Assembly (NCBI GenBank): GCA_964372915.1
Contig: CAYJRN010000002.1
Location: forward strand, 65,409 to 129,408
Reading direction: 5' to 3'
Length of the DNA: 64,000 nt
DNA from: an uncultured Planctomycetales bacterium
Lineage (GTDB): Bacteria; Omnitrophota; Gorgyraeia; Zapsychrales; JAHFFX01
Shown here: piece after piece, positions 39,646-50,240 of the stretch
How positions within the stretch are numbered: the first letter of the stretch is position 1
Layout: each line of letters opens with the position of its first letter
Notes under the pieces: generated by a model
Told to the model about the DNA's origin: nothing
The model's database searches: none
The model's input: only the letters and a program-made list of their open reading frames with translations
Program-made: the position numbers and the translations under genes

Positions 39646-41472
39646 ATGTTAAAAGAAAAGAAAAAAATATCCCGTTTCGAATTATTGATGGATGCCGGCT
39701 TCGGGGCACAAAAAGCCGGGGACATCTTGATCAGCGCTTTTGCCGCGACCGGCAAATATGTTTATATTGAACCTATGATTCCAGCGGAGATCAGCCCGCC
39801 TCCGCGGACTCGGCCGGCGCTTTCTGGGGTTATTATCCGAGTCGCCGATTTTGACATCACGAACATCGGCAACGATGCCGACTTGATTCTGGCCTCGCAC
39901 GAAATCGTGCTCGACCGCCGGCTGGATGATGCCGAGCATAATCCCAGCTGCCGCGTGCTTCTGGATATGGGAGATAAAGCCGCCAACGAAGAATCCTACG
40001 ACAAAGTTTGTAAAAGAGTCCATCAGCTGGGGCTTTCGATTATTCCTTTTGAGATCGATGCCGACTCAAAAACCATCATTCAAAGTATGGCCGGCGCGGG
40101 AACGAATATGTATTATTTGGGGATGCTCGCCTGTATTTATTCGACCCCTGTGGACATCGTCAAAGTCAAGATTGAAAAGACGTTCGGCAAAAAACTGAAA
40201 GAAGAAATTCTTGCCAGGAACTTGAAGGTTTTTGAACATGGCTATCAATATGCCCGGGAACACATATCCTTTTCTTTTGAAATTGAATCCAGGTCCAGAG
40301 AAGGAGAGAAGATTCTTATCGACGGCAACACGTCTTTGAGCATGGGGATTATCGACGCGGGAATCAAATTATTCTCCGGCTATCCGATTACACCGGCCTC
40401 TTCCATTATGCACACTTTGGCGAAACTTTTCCCCTCCTATGGCGGAATCGTGCATCAGGCGGAGGATGAAATCGCGGCGATCGGCACCGCCATCGGCGCG
40501 TATTTCGGCGGAGTTCCGGCGATCACCTGCACTTCCGGTCCGGGTTTATCGCTGAAACAGGAATTCATCGGTTATGCCTCGGCGGCGGAAATCCCCATTA
40601 TCATCATCGATGCCCAGCGCTCCGGCCCCTCGACCGGCATGCCCACCAAGACCGAACAGTCCGACTTGCCGGCGGTGATCTTTGGTTGTCACGGGGATAA
40701 TACAAAAATCGTTTTTAGTGTGGCTAATGTCATCGATTGCTTTTACGCTCCGCAAATGGCGCGTTACCTGACTGAAAAATTGCGCATTCCGGTTTTCATC
40801 ATGACCGACTTTCAAACAGCCAACAGCTACAAGATCATCGATAAGTTGAAGGTCAATGAAATCAAGGATGTGGAGGAAGTCCCGGATTTTGTTTTTGAGC
40901 GTTTTCATTTGAAACGTTTCTCCAACCACATCGAAATGATCCGGGACGTTCAGTCCATTCCCGGGACGCCCGGGGCCTTGCGTCGGGTCACGGGACTGAA
41001 TACCGATAAAGAGGGGAAGATTAGTTATTTCTCCGAAACAAACCAGCGTTCGCATGCCATCCGCAACGAAAAACTGCACATCGTCCAACGGAATTTAACC
41101 AAGCCCGAAATGTTCGGCAAAGAAGAAGGGGAGCTTTTGATCGTTGGATGGGGAAGCAGCCGCGGCGCCATTGAGGAGGCCATCAATCTTTGTCAGGCAG
41201 AAGGCCTGCCGATTGCGGGGATGCACATCAAATTCGTATACCCCTTGCCTTTGATGCTTAAAGAAATATTTTCCAAATACAAAAAAGTCTTGACGGTGGA
41301 AGTCGCTTACGGAGACGATCTTAAATCCGCGCCTTTGGCCATGCTTTTAAGGAACGAAACCCTGATCGACATTCATTCCTTGATCTCACAAGCCACGGGG
41401 CGGCCCATTCGTCCGAAAATCATTTATCAGAAAGCCAAGGAGTATATTCATGAATACGCCAGTAATCAATAA
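39646..41472 (+). CDS. korA: 2-oxoacid:ferredoxin oxidoreductase alpha subunit (fused gamma-alpha type, KorA)
   Basis: 608 aa with the large-subunit architecture of two-subunit OFORs. Followed by a TPP-binding beta subunit. Confidence 0.8.
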   Translation: MLKEKKKISRFELLMDAGFGAQKAGDILISAFAATGKYVYIEPMIPAEISPPPRTRPALSGVIIRVADFDITNIGNDADLILASHEIVLDRRLDDAEHNPSCRVLLDMGDKAANEESYDKVCKRVHQLGLSIIPFEIDADSKTIIQSMAGAGTNMYYLGMLACIYSTPVDIVKVKIEKTFGKKLKEEILARNLKVFEHGYQYAREHISFSFEIESRSREGEKILIDGNTSLSMGIIDAGIKLFSGYPITPASSIMHTLAKLFPSYGGIVHQAEDEIAAIGTAIGAYFGGVPAITCTSGPGLSLKQEFIGYASAAEIPIIIIDAQRSGPSTGMPTKTEQSDLPAVIFGCHGDNTKIVFSVANVIDCFYAPQMARYLTEKLRIPVFIMTDFQTANSYKIIDKLKVNEIKDVEEVPDFVFERFHLKRFSNHIEMIRDVQSIPGTPGALRRVTGLNTDKEGKISYFSETNQRSHAIRNEKLHIVQRNLTKPEMFGKEEGELLIVGWGSSRGAIEEAINLCQAEGLPIAGMHIKFVYPLPLMLKEIFSKYKKVLTVEVAYGDDLKSAPLAMLLRNETLIDIHSLISQATGRPIRPKIIYQKAKEYIHEYASNQ

Positions 41473-42370
41473 GTCCGCGCCACCCGCGAACATCAAAGAA
41501 TTAAATACGGAAAACCCGCGTTGGTGTATAGGTTGCGGTGATTTTGGAATCATCGCGGCGGTCAAACGTTTTATGGTCGATCAAAAAATTATCGCTGCCG
41601 ATACAGTGAACGTCTCAGGCATCGGCTGCTCGGGTCGCGCCCCTAACTATATCAACACCTACGGCGTACACGCGATCCACGGCCGCCCCATTACCGTCGC
41701 GACGGGATTGGCGCTGGCGCGTCCGGATATCAACCTTTTCGTCCATTCCGGAGATGGCGATGCGCTGAGCATCGGAGGGAACCACTTAATTCACGGTATC
41801 AATAAAAATTTCAAATGCGTTTTTCTTTTGTATGATAACGAACTGTATGCCTTAACGAAAAATCAAACGTCTCCGACGACCCGTAAGGATTATATGACGA
41901 ATACTCAACCCCTGGGAACCTATTTGGATCCGATCAATCCGGTTCGTCTCGCCTTAGGCTTAGGCGCTTCGTTTGTGGCAAGTACGACCGACTGGATGCC
42001 GGATCACTTGGCCAGCACACTCAACTTGGCTTTCCAACATCCTGGATTTGCTTTTATCCATATTTCCCAGCGTTGCCCGCATTTTGACCCGGAAAATTTT
42101 GACCACAAAACATCGTCCTGGTTCACCTTCCTCAAGCACCCCGACGGCATTGCTCCCGATAAACGCCTGGCCGATAAAACGGAGGCGATCGAGCACGATC
42201 CAACGAATCTCGAGAATGCCTTCAAGTATGCCAATGCCGAACGGCGTTATTTCGGGTTATTCTTTCAGGATAAAAAGAAACCGCGTTATGACGAAATCAT
42301 GCGCGGCCTTATTCACAAAGCCGAGCAGAAACCTCGCTCCAAAATTTTGGACAGATTCCAGCTGGAATAA
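41450..42370 (+). CDS. korB: 2-oxoacid:ferredoxin oxidoreductase beta subunit (TPP-binding, KorB)
   Basis: CIGCGDFG iron-sulfur motif and GDGD TPP-binding motif ([13 protein letters not shown]). Confidence 0.8.
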   Translation: MNTPVINKSAPPANIKELNTENPRWCIGCGDFGIIAAVKRFMVDQKIIAADTVNVSGIGCSGRAPNYINTYGVHAIHGRPITVATGLALARPDINLFVHSGDGDALSIGGNHLIHGINKNFKCVFLLYDNELYALTKNQTSPTTRKDYMTNTQPLGTYLDPINPVRLALGLGASFVASTTDWMPDHLASTLNLAFQHPGFAFIHISQRCPHFDPENFDHKTSSWFTFLKHPDGIAPDKRLADKTEAIEHDPTNLENAFKYANAERRYFGLFFQDKKKPRYDEIMRGLIHKAEQKPRSKILDRFQLE

Positions 42371-43311
42371 TGGAAAATGTCGTCATTATAGGATCCGGTC
42401 CGGCGGCGCACACCGCCGCCATTTACGCGGGCCGCGCCAAACTCAACCCTTTGGTGTTTGAGGGATTTTTGGCCGGAGGTGTCGCGGCCGGCGGACAACT
42501 CACCACAACTACCGAGGTCGAGAATTATCCCGGATTTTCCAAAGGAATTTCCGGTCCGGATTTAATGCTTCAGATGCGGGAGCAGTCGATCCACTGCGGC
42601 GCGCGCATCAAAACAGTCACGATTGACAGGGTAGACTTAAAAGTAAGGCCCTTCAAAGTGTTTGCCGGCTCAGAAAACCTGGAAACCAAAACCCTCATCA
42701 TCGCCACGGGTGCCACGGCTAAACGCATGAACGTTCCCGGAGAAGAAAAACTCTGGCAAAAGGGGATTTCCGCCTGTGCCGTCTGCGACGGGGCGCTGCC
42801 CATCTTCCGAAATAAAATTGTCGCGGTCGTGGGCGGCGGCGATTCTGCCGTGGAAGAGTCAACCTACATGACCAAGTATGCCCAAAAAGTTCTGTTGCTG
42901 GTGCGCCGGAACGCCTTGCGCGCTTCCAAGGCCATGCAGGAGCGCGTATTCGCCAACAAAAAAATCGAAGTTTTTTGGAATACGCTTCTCTTGGAAGTCA
43001 TTGGCGATAAATCCTTAACCGGTCTTAAAGTTAAGGACCTCAAATCCTCTCAAGAAAAAATCCTTGAGGCCGGGGGTTTGTTTTACGCCATCGGCCACCT
43101 GCCCAATACCGGCTTTTTAAACGGCCAACTGGAACTGGATGAGGCCGGTTACGTTAAAACCAAGCCAGGTACGACCTTCACAAACGTTGAGGGCGTCTTT
43201 GCCTGCGGCGATGTTCAAGACAAAGTCTATCGCCAAGCGGTGACCGCGGCCGGAACCGGCTGCATGGCCGCGCTGGACGCGGAACGATATTTAAGCCATT
43301 CCCACGCCTGA
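42370..43311 (+). CDS. trxB: Thioredoxin-disulfide reductase
   Basis: [18 protein letters not shown]-binding motif, redox-active CAVCDG, and NADPH motif GGGDSAVEE. Confidence 0.85.
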   Translation: MENVVIIGSGPAAHTAAIYAGRAKLNPLVFEGFLAGGVAAGGQLTTTTEVENYPGFSKGISGPDLMLQMREQSIHCGARIKTVTIDRVDLKVRPFKVFAGSENLETKTLIIATGATAKRMNVPGEEKLWQKGISACAVCDGALPIFRNKIVAVVGGGDSAVEESTYMTKYAQKVLLLVRRNALRASKAMQERVFANKKIEVFWNTLLLEVIGDKSLTGLKVKDLKSSQEKILEAGGLFYAIGHLPNTGFLNGQLELDEAGYVKTKPGTTFTNVEGVFACGDVQDKVYRQAVTAAGTGCMAALDAERYLSHSHA

Positions 43312-43341
43312 TCTTTTTGATTATTTTATTGTTACATATCC

Positions 43342-44292
43342 ATGCCTGAACCAATTGTTATAAAAATTCCTCAGTATTTTGTTCATCAGAATTTCGATTC
43401 GTTTTTACAACAGGTCAAAGTTCTTGAACCGGTTTTTAAAAATACACCGCAGGATGTTATTTTTGATTTTTCGGAAAATGAATACACATCTGTTTTAGGG
43501 GTTTTATTGCTCGCACAGGCTGCGGACCATTTTTCCAATTTACAATGTAAATCTTTAGTTCGTTCGATGGATGCTGAAAGAAGTAATCGACGGTGGTTTC
43601 TTCAAGTTATGGATTTTATAAAAGGAGATGACAGCAAGGAATTACAAAACTATTTTGATACCTTTCGAGTTCCAATACAACGCTGTTATCAGGAAAAAGA
43701 AGTCTACGAAGCTTTGAACAAAAGGTTAATCCCTTTAATCCGGAAAGAATTTAATCCACCGGAGCCAATCTTAAAAGCCATTAACTGGGTGTTGTGGGAA
43801 GCTATTGGGAATTCCATCGTGCATGGATATTCGATTGCAAATTATGAAGGAATGTATCCTTATCCAGTTTATTTCTGTGCCTTTTCCTATAAACAATCCA
43901 TAGATATTGCAATTTTGGATGTGGGACAAGGGATTCATAAATCATTGACGTCTATAGAAGAATATAAAAATTTTTCAAACGCTGATGCATTAAAATTGGC
44001 TATTCAAAATGGAGTTTCTGGTAGCAAAGAAGGAAGTCCCGGGTTCGGATTGTATGGCTCCGCTGAGATTGCAAAACAATCAAATGGGGAACTAATTATA
44101 ATATCCGGTGCTAGTAAATTGGTGTTGCAAAACAGTGTGCTAACTTTGGAAAGTTCTTCTTATTATCAAGGGACTATGTTACAATTAACCATTCCTGCAG
44201 GGATTAATCTTGATTTGGCCCAAATATTTGGCCAAGGACATTTGATGACTACTGAAGATACTGATACATTAATGGGTAATTTTGATGAATAA
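43342..44292 (+). CDS. GHKL-type ATPase (histidine-kinase-like ATP-binding fold) with an N-terminal STAS-like region
   Basis: N-box-like EAIGNSIVHG, D-box ILDVGQGI and G-box GSPGFGLYG. The N-terminal roughly 150 aa resembles anti-sigma antagonist/STAS folds. Sits in an AT-rich segment. Confidence 0.5.
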   Translation: MPEPIVIKIPQYFVHQNFDSFLQQVKVLEPVFKNTPQDVIFDFSENEYTSVLGVLLLAQAADHFSNLQCKSLVRSMDAERSNRRWFLQVMDFIKGDDSKELQNYFDTFRVPIQRCYQEKEVYEALNKRLIPLIRKEFNPPEPILKAINWVLWEAIGNSIVHGYSIANYEGMYPYPVYFCAFSYKQSIDIAILDVGQGIHKSLTSIEEYKNFSNADALKLAIQNGVSGSKEGSPGFGLYGSAEIAKQSNGELIIISGASKLVLQNSVLTLESSSYYQGTMLQLTIPAGINLDLAQIFGQGHLMTTEDTDTLMGNFDE

Positions 44293-44608
44293 TAGAGAAA
44301 TTGAAACTATAAAGCTTTCAGAATTCGGTTCTTCATTGGGAACGAGAGAACTGGGGCGAAAAATTAGGGAAGATGTATTGTCTCGAGTGCGCGAACAAAA
44401 ACGTGTTCTGGTTAATTTTAAAGGCGTTCATATTATTTCGAGCGCTTTTGCTGATGAGATATTTGGTAAGCTTTTTATAGATTTGAAGGATTCTAAGTTT
44501 AAGGAGAGCATTAAGATTAATGGGTTTGATAACGAAGAAGACAAGAATTTAATTCTTTTGATTATCCAAAAAGCAATTGACTTCAGAAAAAGCAATCAAG
44601 ATGGTTAG
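44282..44608 (+). CDS. STAS-like small protein (DUF4325-like) partnered with the GHKL ATPase
   Basis: 108 aa. Overlaps the 3' end of the upstream ATPase, which suggests translational coupling. STAS-like pattern (KRVLVNFKGVHIISSAFADEIFGKL). Confidence 0.4.
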   Translation: MMNNREIETIKLSEFGSSLGTRELGRKIREDVLSRVREQKRVLVNFKGVHIISSAFADEIFGKLFIDLKDSKFKESIKINGFDNEEDKNLILLIIQKAIDFRKSNQDG

Positions 44609-44742
44609 TGGTTATACAACGGATCAAAATTGGCAATCATTTTGTATGGCAATAGTGGATCACCTTTTCAGGCTTTAGGAGAAGCTTTTTATTTTCAAAA
44701 TAAATTTTGTGATAGTTCATTTGGTCGAGAAAGGAGCCATCC

Positions 44743-45147
44743 ATGATAAAAAGGGTTTTAATTTTTGTTTGTTTTTTATTTTTTCTTGGTTGTTCCACAG
44801 CTAGTTCTCATCGTCAGCAAGTAAAAGATGATAAGGGGGACAGGCTGACTGTTGGCAAAGTACAAAGAGAAATACGCATAGGGATGCCATCTTCTCAGGT
44901 TATTGAAGCCTTGGGGTCTCCTAATGTCGTTTCAACAGATGAAAACAGATTAGAGGTTTGGATTTATGACAAGATTGCCACAGATGTGTCTTATTCCAAT
45001 AGCGAAGGAGGCGTTTGGCTTATACTTGGAAGTGTTGGTGGTTCTTCGGGAACAACTTCAACTTCCCAGAGAACATTAACGATAGTGGTTAAATTTGATG
45101 CGGATAAAAAAGTCAGAGATTTTGCATATCATTCCTCCAGCTTCTAA
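44743..45147 (+). CDS. Lipoprotein, BamE/SmpA-OmlA-like
   Basis: Lipobox FLGC. Motif LTVGKVQREIRIGMPSSQVIEALGSPNVVSTDENRLEVWIY resembles the BamE fold signature. Confidence 0.45.
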   Translation: MIKRVLIFVCFLFFLGCSTASSHRQQVKDDKGDRLTVGKVQREIRIGMPSSQVIEALGSPNVVSTDENRLEVWIYDKIATDVSYSNSEGGVWLILGSVGGSSGTTSTSQRTLTIVVKFDADKKVRDFAYHSSSF

Positions 45148-45160
45148 AAGTGAAAGTAGA

Positions 45161-45721
45161 ATGACAAAACAACATTGCTATTTTAGATGGTTACCCTTGC
45201 TGACGTTATGTGTTGGAATTGTAGGCTGTGAAACTACTCCAAATGGGTTTCTTAAGTCCTCAGAGGCGTATTTGCAAAAACGTCAACTCGAGATGAGACA
45301 ATACGATACCAAAGATGAGACGAAAATTCTTTCCTCGGTTGCCGGAGTTCTTCAAGATTTAGGTTTTACATTAGATGAAAGCGAGACCGAATTAGGTTTA
45401 GTGGCAGCTTCAAAAAAGGCTGATGCAAAAGATGGGGGTCAAATGGCAGGGGCTTTTTTTCTTGATGTCTTAGCTGCCCTTGGAGGGTCAGGTGGAAACG
45501 CCATGGCAACTGTAGATAAGTATCAGCATGTTAAGGTTTGTGTTGTTACAAAGTCTAGCCAAGATACCAATAAGACGGTTGTTCGAGTGACTTTTCAAAG
45601 AATTGTTTGGAATATGAGTAATCAAATAAGTCGGGTAGAAACAATAAATGATCCGCAAATATACCAAAAATTTTATGATAACCTATCGAAAGCCATCTTC
45701 TTAGAAGCTCAGCAAATATGA
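45161..45721 (+). CDS. Lipoprotein of unknown function (paralog 1)
   Basis: Lipobox IVGC (start chosen at MTKQH). Shares a C-terminal motif with the downstream gene: LQDLGFTLD...YQKFYDNLSKAIFLEAQQI versus MQDLDFVID...YQDFFIALEKALFLTAQQV. Confidence 0.45.
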   Translation: MTKQHCYFRWLPLLTLCVGIVGCETTPNGFLKSSEAYLQKRQLEMRQYDTKDETKILSSVAGVLQDLGFTLDESETELGLVAASKKADAKDGGQMAGAFFLDVLAALGGSGGNAMATVDKYQHVKVCVVTKSSQDTNKTVVRVTFQRIVWNMSNQISRVETINDPQIYQKFYDNLSKAIFLEAQQI

Positions 45722-46146
45722 AAAACTCAGTCCGTTACATGCTTTCAATAAGTATGTTTTGTGTGATTCTCGTTGGGTGTGCGACGACTACGGGAAAAGC
45801 GTTTGAAACCAATGAAAGCCAAGTTAAGTTGAGAGCAATGCAAACCAGGACATTTGATACTAACGATAAGAAAAAGATGATGCAGACTGTGATCAGCACA
45901 ATGCAGGATTTAGATTTTGTTATCGATAAGGCTGATTTTCTCCTTGGCTCAGTGAGTGGGACAAAATTTACAGGAAATGCTATTGTTCAGATGACCGTCA
46001 CAGTGAGGACCCGGGGAGAAAAGCAACTTTTGGTTAGGGCTAATGCACAATACGGCATTCAGTCAATTGAAGATGCGGCTACGTATCAGGATTTTTTTAT
46101 AGCGTTAGAAAAAGCTTTATTTTTGACAGCACAACAGGTGGATTAA
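45718..46146 (+). CDS. Lipoprotein of unknown function (paralog 2)
   Basis: Lipobox LVGC. Tandem paralog of the preceding gene. Confidence 0.45.
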   Translation: MKNSVRYMLSISMFCVILVGCATTTGKAFETNESQVKLRAMQTRTFDTNDKKKMMQTVISTMQDLDFVIDKADFLLGSVSGTKFTGNAIVQMTVTVRTRGEKQLLVRANAQYGIQSIEDAATYQDFFIALEKALFLTAQQVD

Positions 46147-46264
46147 AAAAATTCCTAGATTCAACCCCTGCCCCAGTAACTAGCTTGAAAAGCATTCATT
46201 GACTCCTTCCTTCACAAGCCTTTTGAAATATGTTAAGATGTCGCGTATTTTTTATACCTCTTTC

Positions 46265-46999
46265 ATGGAGAAAAATATGGAGCATCTTCAGGAAAATTTG
46301 CAAATTTCCAAGGCGGATTCCTGGCGCCTATTCGACGCCATTTCGCCTCGTTATGATTTTTTGAACCGACTGCTGTCCTGGGGACAGGATCTGCGTTGGC
46401 GACGAGAAATCGGACGATATCTCCCACAAAATGAAGAATTGACGGTCCTTGATTTGGCCACCGGAACCGCGGATGTTTTGATCACTTTGGTTGAACAGCA
46501 CAACATTGCTCAAGCCTACGGCCTGGACAGGTCGCACAAAATGCTTGAAATAGGACGCAAAAAAATAGCAGCGAAAGGTTTAACCGGGACCATTCGTTTG
46601 CAAGAAGGGGACGCGCACGCGATTTCCTATGCCGGCAACATGTTTTCCGCGGTCACGATGGCTTTCGGCATCCGCAATATGGCGAATCCCCAAAAAGTTT
46701 TAAAAGAATGTTTCAGGGTTTTAAAGATGGGCGGCAGGGCGCTCGTTTTAGAATTCTCCCTGCCGCCCAATCCTGTCGTCCGTTTTTTTCATCTGCTCTA
46801 TTTGCGGTACGTTGTTCCGTTCATCGGATACGTTTTTTCCGGTAACACCCAAGCCTATAAATATTTGAATGAAACGATCGAAACCTTTCCCTCTGGAGAT
46901 GATTTTCTCAAGATGATGCAAGACGCAGGCTTTAAAAATCTTCAAGTCCATCCGCTTCTTTTTGGCGCGGCTTCCATTTATCAGGGGGATAAGAGTTGA
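46265..46999 (+). CDS. menG: Demethylmenaquinone/ubiquinone methyltransferase (UbiE/MenG)
   Basis: UbiE family N-terminus (WRLFDAISPRYDFLNRLLSWGQDLRWRR), SAM motif LDLATGTADV and C-terminal YRYL-like motif (YKYLNETIETFP). Start uncertain (46238, 46265 or 46277). Confidence 0.75.
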   Translation: MEKNMEHLQENLQISKADSWRLFDAISPRYDFLNRLLSWGQDLRWRREIGRYLPQNEELTVLDLATGTADVLITLVEQHNIAQAYGLDRSHKMLEIGRKKIAAKGLTGTIRLQEGDAHAISYAGNMFSAVTMAFGIRNMANPQKVLKECFRVLKMGGRALVLEFSLPPNPVVRFFHLLYLRYVVPFIGYVFSGNTQAYKYLNETIETFPSGDDFLKMMQDAGFKNLQVHPLLFGAASIYQGDKS

Positions 47000-48474
47000 T
47001 GGAAATTCTCGTTAAATCCGAAAGCTGCTCTTTGAGTGAAGCCGCTTTAAAACTTAAAAAGCTGCTAGCTTCTCTTTCGACGAACAGCTCTTTTTCTAAA
47101 GACCGCCCAATCACGCGTCTTGAGGTAAAAGTCAACAAAGAAAATATTCTCGCCTGGCTAAAACAACAAAGCCAAGGACCGAAAATTTATTGGTCCAATC
47201 GCGAAGGAACAACGGAAACAGGAGGGGTGGGAGCAGCCGATTGTGTTGTGTGCGCAAACGCCAAAGAGATTTCCTTAGGGCTTCACAAAATTAATCAAAC
47301 GCTAAAAGATGCGGCGCAATCTCTCAAATATTTTGGAGGGATGTGTTTCGATGCGAACAATTTGAACAATGAATGGAGCGAGTTTGGCCCATTCTGGTTT
47401 GTCCTGCCGCGATTTGAACTTGTTCATCAAAAAAAAGAAAGTTTTTTGGCCTGCAACCTCATTCGCAACAACATTCAGCCCTTTATTGGTCTTTTCCCAT
47501 CCAATGACACAAAGGAAGACCAATATCTCGACGATTGTTCTCTTGGAAGAACCCTCTTTAGAGGAACAATCGTCAATAATGTCGATGCCATCATGAAAGA
47601 ACTTGATCTTCTCGATTTTGAAATTTCTTCAAGTTCTTTCGATGTGGCGCACTATCAAACCCGCATCGATCATCCCAACAAAGAAGAATGGCTGACAAAA
47701 AGCGTTCAATCGCTCAAGGCCATTAAAGAAGGCGTCCTTAAGAAAGTCGTCCTGGCTAAAAAAACACAATTCCATTTTAATGATCCTATCGATCCCTGGG
47801 ACCTTGTGAGCCAGCTCAAAAACGACAAGTCCGACTGCTATCATTATTGTTTCAGCCCCAATCCTTCCGTCGCATTTTTGGGCGCTTCCCCCGAAAGATT
47901 ATACGAGCGAAAAAATCGAGAAATAAAAACCGAGGCGATCGCTGGCACTCGCCCAAGAGGTACATCGACCGTTGAAGACGAACGTTTTAAAAACGAACTT
48001 TTGACTTCCCCCAAAGAGCTCAGGGAACATCAGCTGGTTGTGGATTTTATCGAGGAGCGATTGTCTTCATTGTGCTCGGAGCTTAAATGGAACAAACGCG
48101 CATCTTTATTGCGCTTAAAAGAAGGGCAGCATCTTTACTCGGCCTGCGAAGGACTTTTGAAAGCGAATGTGAGCGACGAAGAATTGATTTTTAAACTCCA
48201 TCCCACGCCAGCGGTGAGTGGTGTTCCTCAAGAGAAGGCGCTTAAAGCCATTTGGGAAACTGAACCCTTCAGCCGCGGCTGGTACGCCGGGCCTATCGGA
48301 TGGATCGCAAACGAGGAAGCCGAATTCGCCGTGGCCATTCGTTGCGGACTGCTTCAGGGATCAAAACTTTCTCTCTTTTCCGGAGCCGGGCTTGTGGAAG
48401 GTTCAACACCCGAAAGTGAATGGGAAGAAATCGAGCATAAGTTGGGAGTTTTTTTAAAAATCTTAAAGACATGA
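46999..48474 (+). CDS. menF: Isochorismate synthase
   Basis: Chorismate-binding motifs PTPAVSGVPQEKA and GWYAGPIGWI...AIRC. Contains an in-frame copy of the family B palindrome at 47522-47579. Confidence 0.8.
   Translation: MEILVKSESCSLSEAALKLKKLLASLSTNSSFSKDRPITRLEVKVNKENILAWLKQQSQGPKIYWSNREGTTETGGVGAADCVVCANAKEISLGLHKINQTLKDAAQSLKYFGGMCFDANNLNNEWSEFGPFWFVLPRFELVHQKKESFLACNLIRNNIQPFIGLFPSNDTKEDQYLDDCSLGRTLFRGTIVNNVDAIMKELDLLDFEISSSSFDVAHYQTRIDHPNKEEWLTKSVQSLKAIKEGVLKKVVLAKKTQFHFNDPIDPWDLVSQLKNDKSDCYHYCFSPNPSVAFLGASPERLYERKNREIKTEAIAGTRPRGTSTVEDERFKNELLTSPKELREHQLVVDFIEERLSSLCSELKWNKRASLLRLKEGQHLYSACEGLLKANVSDEELIFKLHPTPAVSGVPQEKALKAIWETEPFSRGWYAGPIGWIANEEAEFAVAIRCGLLQGSKLSLFSGAGLVEGSTPESEWEEIEHKLGVFLKILKT
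47522..47579. repeat. Palindromic repeat family B, copy d, located in frame inside menF
   Basis: caatatctcgacgattgttctcttggaagaaccctctttagaggaacaatcgtcaataat encodes QYLDDCSLGRTLFRGTIVNN. It is nearly identical to the intergenic copy a at 5946-6003. Confidence 0.75.
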
Positions 48475-50240
48475 ATCTCACGAAAGCAGCGAACATCAAT
48501 CACCTTTGGGGAAATTTGATCGTTGAAGAACTGATTCGTCTGGGCTGCGATTATTTTTGTCTCTCGCCGGGTTCGCGTTCTGCCCCTTTGGTTGTCCCCA
48601 TCGCCCAAAATCCTAACGCTAAAAGTTTTATCCATTACGATGAGCGGGGAACGGCGTTTCACGCGCTCGGGTACACTTCAGCAACCCTAAAACCTTCGGT
48701 CATCGTTTGCACGTCGGGAACAGCGGTTGCCAATTTCCTGCCGGCGGTCGTGGAAGCTTCCAAAAAGAAATTGCCTTTGATCGTTTTGACCGCCGATCGG
48801 CCTTCGGAATTACGAAAGACCGGCGGCGATCAGACGATCGATCAACCCGGGATTTTTGGGAAATACGTTCGCTGGCAGTTTGATATGCCATGCCCCACAG
48901 AAGAGATTCCGGCGGAATTTGTTTTAACCACCATCGATCAAGCGGTTTATCGTGCCCAACGTTCTCCCGGCGGACCCGTCCACTTAAACTGTATGTTCCG
49001 TGAGCCGCTCGCTCCCTTGCCGCACAAAGAAATTCATAACAACTATCTTAAAAGTCTCAAACGCTGGACGCAGACTCGTGAACCTTTCACGCACTACATT
49101 CCCGCTCAATCTCAAGCTAATGCTCAAGAGATCAAAGAACTGGCCAAGCGACTGCAAAAAGTCCGCCACGGGATTATCGCCGTTGGAAAATTGAGCAAGG
49201 AAGAGGACCGCAACGCCGCTTTGCGTTTGGCGCAAAAATTGAACTGGCCGGTTTTTGCGGATATCACCTCAGGCCTGCGCCTGGGTTCCAATCACAAGAA
49301 CATCATCCATCATTATGATCAAATTCTCTTGTCCGAAAAATTTCAAGCTAGCGCCAAGCTCGATGTGGTTTTACATTTGGGAGGAAAGATCAATTCCAAA
49401 CGCTTCAATCAATTTCTGATTTATAAAAGTCCAAACGATCACATCATGGTTTTGAATCATCCTTTGCGTAACGATCCGTCCCATAATGTCTCGCTGCGTT
49501 TTGAAACCAGCATCGATCAATTTTGCGAAAGTTTGACGCAGGAGCTTAAGAAATCCACCGGCAACGCTCAACTCAAGAAATATCAGCTTCTTTCCCAGAA
49601 AATCGATAGCGCGCTCACGCAATCGCTTCATGCAACTCAAAATTTGAGCGAGCCTGCCGTCGCACGGCTCATTTCAGAACACGCGCCTAAAGACAGCGCG
49701 CTGTTTTTGGCGAGCAGTATGCCGATCCGTGAAATGGACATGTACGCCGCGGTCCATAGCAAAAATGTCATCGTCGGCGCCAATCGCGGGGCAAGCGGGA
49801 TCGACGGCACGATTGCAACCGCAGCTGGATTTGCCAAAGGCTTAAACACAACAACGACGCTTCTTATCGGAGATTTGGCCTTCTTGCACGATCTTAATTC
49901 CCTCGTCATGCTGAAATCATCACTGAAACCGATCGTGGCGGTCGTTGTTAACAATGACGGCTGCGGGATTTTTTCGTTTTTGCCAATAGCACAGGCCAAA
50001 GACGTGTTCGAAAAATATTTCGGCACGCCGCACGGGATTCATTTTGAGAATGCGGCGCAATTATTCGACCTTAATTATTCCAAACCCAAAACTCGTTCAC
50101 AATTCATAAGCGAATATACCAAGGCGTTAAACTCAAAAACTTCGACCATTATTGAAGTAACAACGGATCGAAAAGAAAATTACGAACATCATCGGCAATG
50201 GCAGGAAAGAATTAGAAAGGTTGTGGAGGCTCAACTATGA
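48471..50240 (+). CDS. menD: 2-succinyl-5-enolpyruvyl-6-hydroxy-3-cyclohexene-1-carboxylate synthase
   Basis: TPP enzyme. N-terminus [33 protein letters not shown]. Confidence 0.85.
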   Translation: MNLTKAANINHLWGNLIVEELIRLGCDYFCLSPGSRSAPLVVPIAQNPNAKSFIHYDERGTAFHALGYTSATLKPSVIVCTSGTAVANFLPAVVEASKKKLPLIVLTADRPSELRKTGGDQTIDQPGIFGKYVRWQFDMPCPTEEIPAEFVLTTIDQAVYRAQRSPGGPVHLNCMFREPLAPLPHKEIHNNYLKSLKRWTQTREPFTHYIPAQSQANAQEIKELAKRLQKVRHGIIAVGKLSKEEDRNAALRLAQKLNWPVFADITSGLRLGSNHKNIIHHYDQILLSEKFQASAKLDVVLHLGGKINSKRFNQFLIYKSPNDHIMVLNHPLRNDPSHNVSLRFETSIDQFCESLTQELKKSTGNAQLKKYQLLSQKIDSALTQSLHATQNLSEPAVARLISEHAPKDSALFLASSMPIREMDMYAAVHSKNVIVGANRGASGIDGTIATAAGFAKGLNTTTTLLIGDLAFLHDLNSLVMLKSSLKPIVAVVVNNDGCGIFSFLPIAQAKDVFEKYFGTPHGIHFENAAQLFDLNYSKPKTRSQFISEYTKALNSKTSTIIEVTTDRKENYEHHRQWQERIRKVVEAQL

